30,067 nt of DNA from a bacterium (GTDB lineage: Bacteria; Krumholzibacteriota; Krumholzibacteriia; G020349025): positions 1 through 30,067 of the forward strand of contig JANLSU010000032.1 of assembly GCA_031362565.1 (NCBI GenBank). Direction: 5' to 3'. The notes beneath the pieces were generated by a model. It had not been told where the DNA came from and made no database searches. It saw only the letters and a program-made list of their open reading frames with translations. A program made the translations under genes and the position numbers. Positions 25,039 through 30,067 of this stretch are shown here, piece by piece. How positions within the stretch are numbered: the stretch's first letter is position 1; every line of letters starts with the position of its first letter.

Positions 25039-26139
25039 ATGTTGCGGATCCTTGCAACGGCCTGCCTCATCGCGCTCTGCACCGCCTCGCTCTCGGTTGC
25101 GGCAACCAAACCCTACACGAAGAACGTCGCGATCCTGATCTACGAAGGCGTCGAAATCCTCGACTTCGCCGGACCGGCAGAGGTGTTTGCGTCGGCATCG
25201 GGGTACGGCTCGAATGGTGCCGAGAAAGCCTTCAATTGCTACACGGTGTCCAAGACGAAGGCGCCGCTCGTGAGCCAAGGCTTCATCGACGTCACGCCGG
25301 ACTATTCGATCGCCGACTGCCCGCGCCCCGACATTCTGGTGCTGCCCGGCGGCAGCTCGCAGGTCGTGATCGACGATGCCGCATGGATGGAGTGGATCAA
25401 GACCGCCTGTGGCAACGCCGAGAATGTACTCACCGTTTGCACGGGTGCATTCATCGCCGGCAAGGCTGGATTCCTGGACGGTGCCGATGCGACGACCTGG
25501 TACAACGCCGTTCCCGCCCTCGCGCAACAATTCCCGAAGGCGCGTGTCCAGCCGGGGCGGCGGTTCATCGACAACGGCAAGATGATCACGACCGCCGGCG
25601 TATCGGCCGGCATCGACGGCTCGTTGCACGTGGTGGCACGGCTGCTCGGCCAGTATGTCGCCGCGCGCACCGCCGAGTATATGGAGTACAAGTGGGCGCC
25701 CGAGTCGTACCTCTCGGCGCACTACAGCCAACTCAATCCGCAGTTCGACGAGCGCGGTCGCACCCTGCAACGGGCATCGATCTCGGCACGCGAGGGGGAC
25801 AGTGAAGCGGCCATGGCCACGTATCGCGCCCTCATCGCTACCAACCGCGGCGACGCCGAAGCGTGGCTTCAACTTGCACGGTCGTTGCATGGCCTCAAAC
25901 GCTACCCGGAAGCGATCGAAGCCAATCGTGAGGCAGCAAGAGACGAAGCAATGCGTGGGCGCGCCTTCTACAACCTGGCGTGCGAGTACGCCCTCACCGG
26001 CGACACTGCGCGAGCCCTCGACGCGGCGGAGAAGGCTGTCGCCGCCGGGTACCGGCAGAAGTATTTCTATGAGAGCGACACTGACCTGGCGTCGATCCGG
26101 GGCGACGCGCGTTTCCAGAAACTGCTGTCCACGCTCTGA
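25039..26139 (+). CDS. Exported DJ-1/PfpI-family protein with C-terminal TPR domain
   Basis: AAGGA RBS, signal peptide, LDFAGP, DILVLPGG, VCTGA, ITTAGVSAGID; TPR-like AWLQLA / AFYNLACEYA. Confidence 0.9.
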   Translation: MLRILATACLIALCTASLSVAATKPYTKNVAILIYEGVEILDFAGPAEVFASASGYGSNGAEKAFNCYTVSKTKAPLVSQGFIDVTPDYSIADCPRPDILVLPGGSSQVVIDDAAWMEWIKTACGNAENVLTVCTGAFIAGKAGFLDGADATTWYNAVPALAQQFPKARVQPGRRFIDNGKMITTAGVSAGIDGSLHVVARLLGQYVAARTAEYMEYKWAPESYLSAHYSQLNPQFDERGRTLQRASISAREGDSEAAMATYRALIATNRGDAEAWLQLARSLHGLKRYPEAIEANREAARDEAMRGRAFYNLACEYALTGDTARALDAAEKAVAAGYRQKYFYESDTDLASIRGDARFQKLLSTL

Positions 26140-26239
26140 GTGCGCGGAAGCATCCAAGGGGTCGCGGGGCCGGAGGATCAATCGTTGACGCGCGGCGAGC
26201 GGTCGCGCATCCTGCCCTCTCTCGCGCCCCGGAGACGGC

Positions 26240-28930
26240 ATGCCCCTCGCCGCAGGTCAGAAGCTCGGTCCATACGAGATCGTCGCGCCGCTCGGCACGG
26301 GCGGTATGGGCGAAGTGTATCGCGCCCGCGATACGCGTCTCGGGCGCGACGTGGCAGTCAAAGTGCTGCCGCCCGAAATGGCTGTCGATCCCGAGCGCCG
26401 GGCGCGTTTCGAGCGTGAGGCGCGCGCCGTCGCCGCGCTCAACCATCCGAACATCTGCGTGATTCACGACGTCGGCCGCGAGGGCGCGATCGACTACCTC
26501 GTCATGGAGCTGGTCGAAGGCGACTCACTCGCGCAGCGCCTCGGCCGCGGGCCACTGGCACTGGCCGATACACTGCGCGTCGGCGCCGAGATTGCAGAAG
26601 CTCTGGATCGGGCGCATCGCGCCGGCATCATCCACCGTGACCTCAAGCCCGGAAACATCATGCTGGCGCGGTCCGGCGCCAAGCTCATGGACTTTGGGCT
26701 GGCGCGCGCCGGCGGAGCGTTGATGGCCGGCGGCGATGGCACGCAACTCGCCACCATGAGCCGGCCCGTCACCGCCGAGGGGCATATCGTCGGCACATTC
26801 CAGTACATGGCGCCCGAGCAGCTCGAAGGCCGCGAGGCCGATGCGCGCAGCGACGTGTGGGCGCTGGGCGCGACGCTTTATGAAATGGCCACGGGCGAGC
26901 GGCCGTTCGTAGGCGACAGCACGGCGTCACTCATCGGCGCCATCATGCGCGCCGAGCCGCGGCCGTTGGCGGAGCGTGCGCCCGCAACACCGCCGGCGCT
27001 CGAGCGCATCATTCGCACCTGCCTCGCCAAGGATCCGGAGCAGCGCTGGCAATCGGCAGGCGACGTGGGCCGAATGCTGCGCGGACTCGACACGTCGTCG
27101 ACCTCTTCCGGTGTGGTGCCCGCACCGCGAGCGCGTCGTGCACGCCGCGAATTGTTCGCGTGGGTGCTCGCCGTGTTGCTACCGATTGCCGCGTTCGCGG
27201 TAGCGCGGCTCATGCGCTCGCCGGCGCGCGAAGGCGATCCGCTGCGCGTCGCGCTCACGCTCCCCAAAGGCGCCGTGTACCACTTCTCCGGTGACTTCGC
27301 CGGTCCGCCGGCGATCTCGCCGGACGGCAAGCGCATTGCGTTCGTCGCGCTCGACGATCAGCACGGCGCGTCCATCTGGGTTCGCGAATTGGACCGCCTC
27401 GACGCGCATCCCGTGCCCGGCACCGACGGCGGGAGCTTTCCGTTCTGGTCGCCGGACGGTGGTTCGCTCGGCTTCTGCGCCGGGCTCGCGATCAAGCGGG
27501 TGGACTTGGACGGTGGAGCGGTCGTCACGTTGGCGGAAGCCAATGCATTGCGTGGTGCGAGCTGGGGGCTCGACGGTTCCATCGTCTACACGCCGAATGC
27601 CCTGGGTGGACTCTTTCGCATCCCGGCGGCCGGTGGAACGCCGGTCGCGCTCACGGTGTGCGATACCACGATGGAGACGACGAACCGCTTCCCACAGGTC
27701 CTGCCTGGAGGGAAGTCCGTCCTCTACTACTCGGGTGACCACCGCGATCCGTTGTCGAAGCGCTCCGGGATGTTCGCGGTCTCGACGGACGGCAAGACGA
27801 AGCAGAAACTGCTCGACGCCGCTTGCAACGCGGTCTACGCGAACGGCCACTTGTTGTACTTGCAGGACAGCGTCCTGTTCGCGCGGCCGTTCGACGCGCA
27901 CGCGCTGCGCTTTACCGGTGATGCGGTGCCGACGCGCGAACGCATCCAACCCGACCCGTCGACTTGGACGAGCAACCTGAGCGCCTCCGAGAACGGCCGC
28001 CTGGCGTATGTGCTGCTCGGCCCGACGTTCGGCAGCCGCCTCGAAGAGCGCGGGCGCGACGGCACGCGGCTCCGTCTTCTGACCTCGTCGGCCAACCACA
28101 CGGCGATCTATTTGTCGCGCGACGGGCGCACGCTCGCCAATGCGTCGCAGGCGTCGGCGGCGGCGGACATCTGGATGATCGATGTGGCGTCCGGCCGCCG
28201 GACGTTGGTGCTCGGCGGCAACCCCGACGAGGACTCGCCGGCGCTTTCAACGCGTGGGGATCGGGTCCTCTTTGGTTCGAACCGCGCCGGGCGGCACTAC
28301 CGGATGTTTCTGACGCGGAGCGATGGTGCGGGCGAAGCGCGAGAAATGCTGCGCAGTTCTCGCGACATCCTGCCCGTCGACTGGTCCACTGACGGCCGCT
28401 TCGCGCTGGCGATGGTGGGTGACGCGGTCTCTGGAATTTGGGATTCGCTGGTCGCGGTGGAACCGGACGTCGCCGGTTCACGCCATGTCCTGTTCGTTCG
28501 TCCCAACTCGGCCGGCGACGCGCGCCTGTCCTACGACGGTCATTGGCTCGCGTACACTGACGGTTCTTACGGTGTTTCACGCATCGTCGTAATCCCGTTT
28601 GCGCCGGGCTGGCCCAGCGGCACCGCTCCGACGGGCCGCTGGCAAGTGAGCACGTCGTTCGGAACGAATCCGCGCTGGGCCGCGAGCGGGCGTGAGATCG
28701 TCTTCGCGCGCTTCGACGGCACGATCGTCTCGGTCGACGTCGTGCCCGGGTCCGAAGGCTTTCAAGTCGGCACCGAGCACGAATTGTTTCGCGCCCCACT
28801 CCGGCCGCAGACCGCATCCATGGAGATGAGTGCCGACGGGCAGCGCTTCTATATCAACGCGCTGTCGGGTGACGACGTGAGCCGGCTCGCGGTCGTGACG
28901 AACTGGGCGTCGGAGTTGGCGAAGAAGTAG
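26240..28930 (+). CDS. Ser/Thr protein kinase with TM helix and TolB/PD40-like beta-propeller sensor
   Basis: [28 protein letters not shown] segment; repeated SPDG / PFWSPDG / WS.DG blades. Confidence 0.95.
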   Translation: MPLAAGQKLGPYEIVAPLGTGGMGEVYRARDTRLGRDVAVKVLPPEMAVDPERRARFEREARAVAALNHPNICVIHDVGREGAIDYLVMELVEGDSLAQRLGRGPLALADTLRVGAEIAEALDRAHRAGIIHRDLKPGNIMLARSGAKLMDFGLARAGGALMAGGDGTQLATMSRPVTAEGHIVGTFQYMAPEQLEGREADARSDVWALGATLYEMATGERPFVGDSTASLIGAIMRAEPRPLAERAPATPPALERIIRTCLAKDPEQRWQSAGDVGRMLRGLDTSSTSSGVVPAPRARRARRELFAWVLAVLLPIAAFAVARLMRSPAREGDPLRVALTLPKGAVYHFSGDFAGPPAISPDGKRIAFVALDDQHGASIWVRELDRLDAHPVPGTDGGSFPFWSPDGGSLGFCAGLAIKRVDLDGGAVVTLAEANALRGASWGLDGSIVYTPNALGGLFRIPAAGGTPVALTVCDTTMETTNRFPQVLPGGKSVLYYSGDHRDPLSKRSGMFAVSTDGKTKQKLLDAACNAVYANGHLLYLQDSVLFARPFDAHALRFTGDAVPTRERIQPDPSTWTSNLSASENGRLAYVLLGPTFGSRLEERGRDGTRLRLLTSSANHTAIYLSRDGRTLANASQASAAADIWMIDVASGRRTLVLGGNPDEDSPALSTRGDRVLFGSNRAGRHYRMFLTRSDGAGEAREMLRSSRDILPVDWSTDGRFALAMVGDAVSGIWDSLVAVEPDVAGSRHVLFVRPNSAGDARLSYDGHWLAYTDGSYGVSRIVVIPFAPGWPSGTAPTGRWQVSTSFGTNPRWAASGREIVFARFDGTIVSVDVVPGSEGFQVGTEHELFRAPLRPQTASMEMSADGQRFYINALSGDDVSRLAVVTNWASELAKK

Positions 28931-28949
28931 GCGCTTGTTCGACGCCAAT

Positions 28950-29510
28950 TCACCGCGGCCAGAGCAATGCGAAGGCGCCGCCGGTGCAAAGCCCGTAGAC
29001 GAGCGCATCGAAGACGTCGATCCAGACCTTGGACCACGGCACGCCCTTCCAAATGCCCATCCACACGATTCCACCGCCGTAGCCGAGCCAGGCGATCGTC
29101 GAGGCGAAGCGGAAGATCTGCATCGGCGGCGTTCCTGTGACGAAGGTCCGTCCCATGACATACGCCACGAAGATCGCAATGGCGATCGAGAAGGCGAACC
29201 ACTGGACGAGCCGCGGTCCGATGCGCGGGCTGCCATTCGGAAGCACGGTCAGCATGACGACGGGGCCCTCGGCGTACTTGCGCACCGTGGCAAGCTCACG
29301 CATCTGTTTCATTTCGCAAGCAAACGGCACCGCGTATTGGCCGCGGGCAAGTTTCTGCTTGCCGAGCACGGCGCGCGCTGCCTCCTCGTCGGGGAGCGCC
29401 GCATAGTCTTTTTTGTGGTAGCGGAGCGCCATGTGAATGATCGAACTGACGACGAATACGAACACCGCGGACAACAGAATCGGCAGCCAGAGCGCGGCGA
29501 TCGAGACCAT
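28950..29510 (-). CDS. Conserved hypothetical membrane protein (about 4-5 TM, 186 aa)
   Basis: GGAGGAG RBS before ATG 29510; LWLPILLSAVFVFVVSSIIHM...; the ORF-track extension to 29795 is unlikely. Confidence 0.85.
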   Translation of the reverse strand: MVSIAALWLPILLSAVFVFVVSSIIHMALRYHKKDYAALPDEEAARAVLGKQKLARGQYAVPFACEMKQMRELATVRKYAEGPVVMLTVLPNGSPRIGPRLVQWFAFSIAIAIFVAYVMGRTFVTGTPPMQIFRFASTIAWLGYGGGIVWMGIWKGVPWSKVWIDVFDALVYGLCTGGAFALLWPR

Positions 29511-29836
29511 GGAACTCTCCTCCGGGACCAAGCGGGTGAGTGGCCAAAACCCGATGTGATGCGCCCGATTGTGAGGCGTGGAGCCCCGGTGGTCAAGGCG
29601 CAGAGTGTGCGAGAAGGCAGCAGCCCAGCTGAACCCCTGGATTCGCGACTGCGCCCAACGGATCCAGCCTTGTGTCCCAAAAGTGCTGCACAGCTCCGTT
29701 GGGTGCTTGGACAACGTCCACGGGAGCCGCGAGATAGACGTTTGCTCCCCGTTCAGCAAGCAAACGGTACGCCTAATGCGTTGATCTTCGATCAAGGAAC
29801 GTGGAAGAGCGAAATGTTGGGGAAGTGAGGTTCAGT

Positions 29837-30067
29837 ATGAGAGTCACGAAGATGTTGCAAGGCGTGAGCGTGGGATTGCTCCTCGGAGGCGTGGTCGCAG
29901 CGAGTTGGGCGGGAGATCTGGTCACAATGCCCAAACCGCCGCCGAATCCGAAGCCCATTCAGCTCGTTGCGCACCTGGCTCCGACGTTGGCGCCGAGCGC
30001 GAACGGCTGGGCGCGATTCATCGGGTTCCCGAGTATCGATTCGTACTCCTTCGAGGCGCAGCTGGTG
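29837..30067 (+). CDS. Exported hypothetical protein, 5' part (runs off right edge)
   Basis: GAGG RBS; MRVTKMLQGVSVGLLLGGVVAASWAG signal-like start; frame open to the window end. Confidence 0.65.
   Translation, partial: MRVTKMLQGVSVGLLLGGVVAASWAGDLVTMPKPPPNPKPIQLVAHLAPTLAPSANGWARFIGFPSIDSYSFEAQLV

Overview
GC-rich bacterial genomic DNA, probably from an uncultured FCB-type lineage. This is an inference from two FlgD/T9SS-like C-terminal domains, a C-terminal 'TWxxLK..FR' tag and several Hanks-type kinases. About 25 protein genes are supported: three Ser/Thr kinases, an AAA+/DUF4143 ATPase, an ECF42-type sigma factor with its YciI/DGPF partner, a ~1440-aa secreted FN3-repeat/LamG protein, an OmpA-like/beta-barrel protein, two hydrolases, a DJ-1/TPR protein, three toxin-antitoxin-like pairs (hipBA-like and two DUF2283 pairs) and one gene broken by an in-frame amber codon. 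I saw no rRNA, tRNA, CRISPR array or transposase. The most notable feature is a coupled two-gene operon at 16553-19410. Gene 1 carries both PmoC/AmoC-type metal triads at exact spacing, followed by a PmoA-like half. Gene 2 has PmoB-like topology with a predicted mature N-terminal His. Together they resemble a highly divergent, fused 'pmoCA-B' copper membrane monooxygenase-like system. All family assignments were made by eye from motifs; no searches were run.
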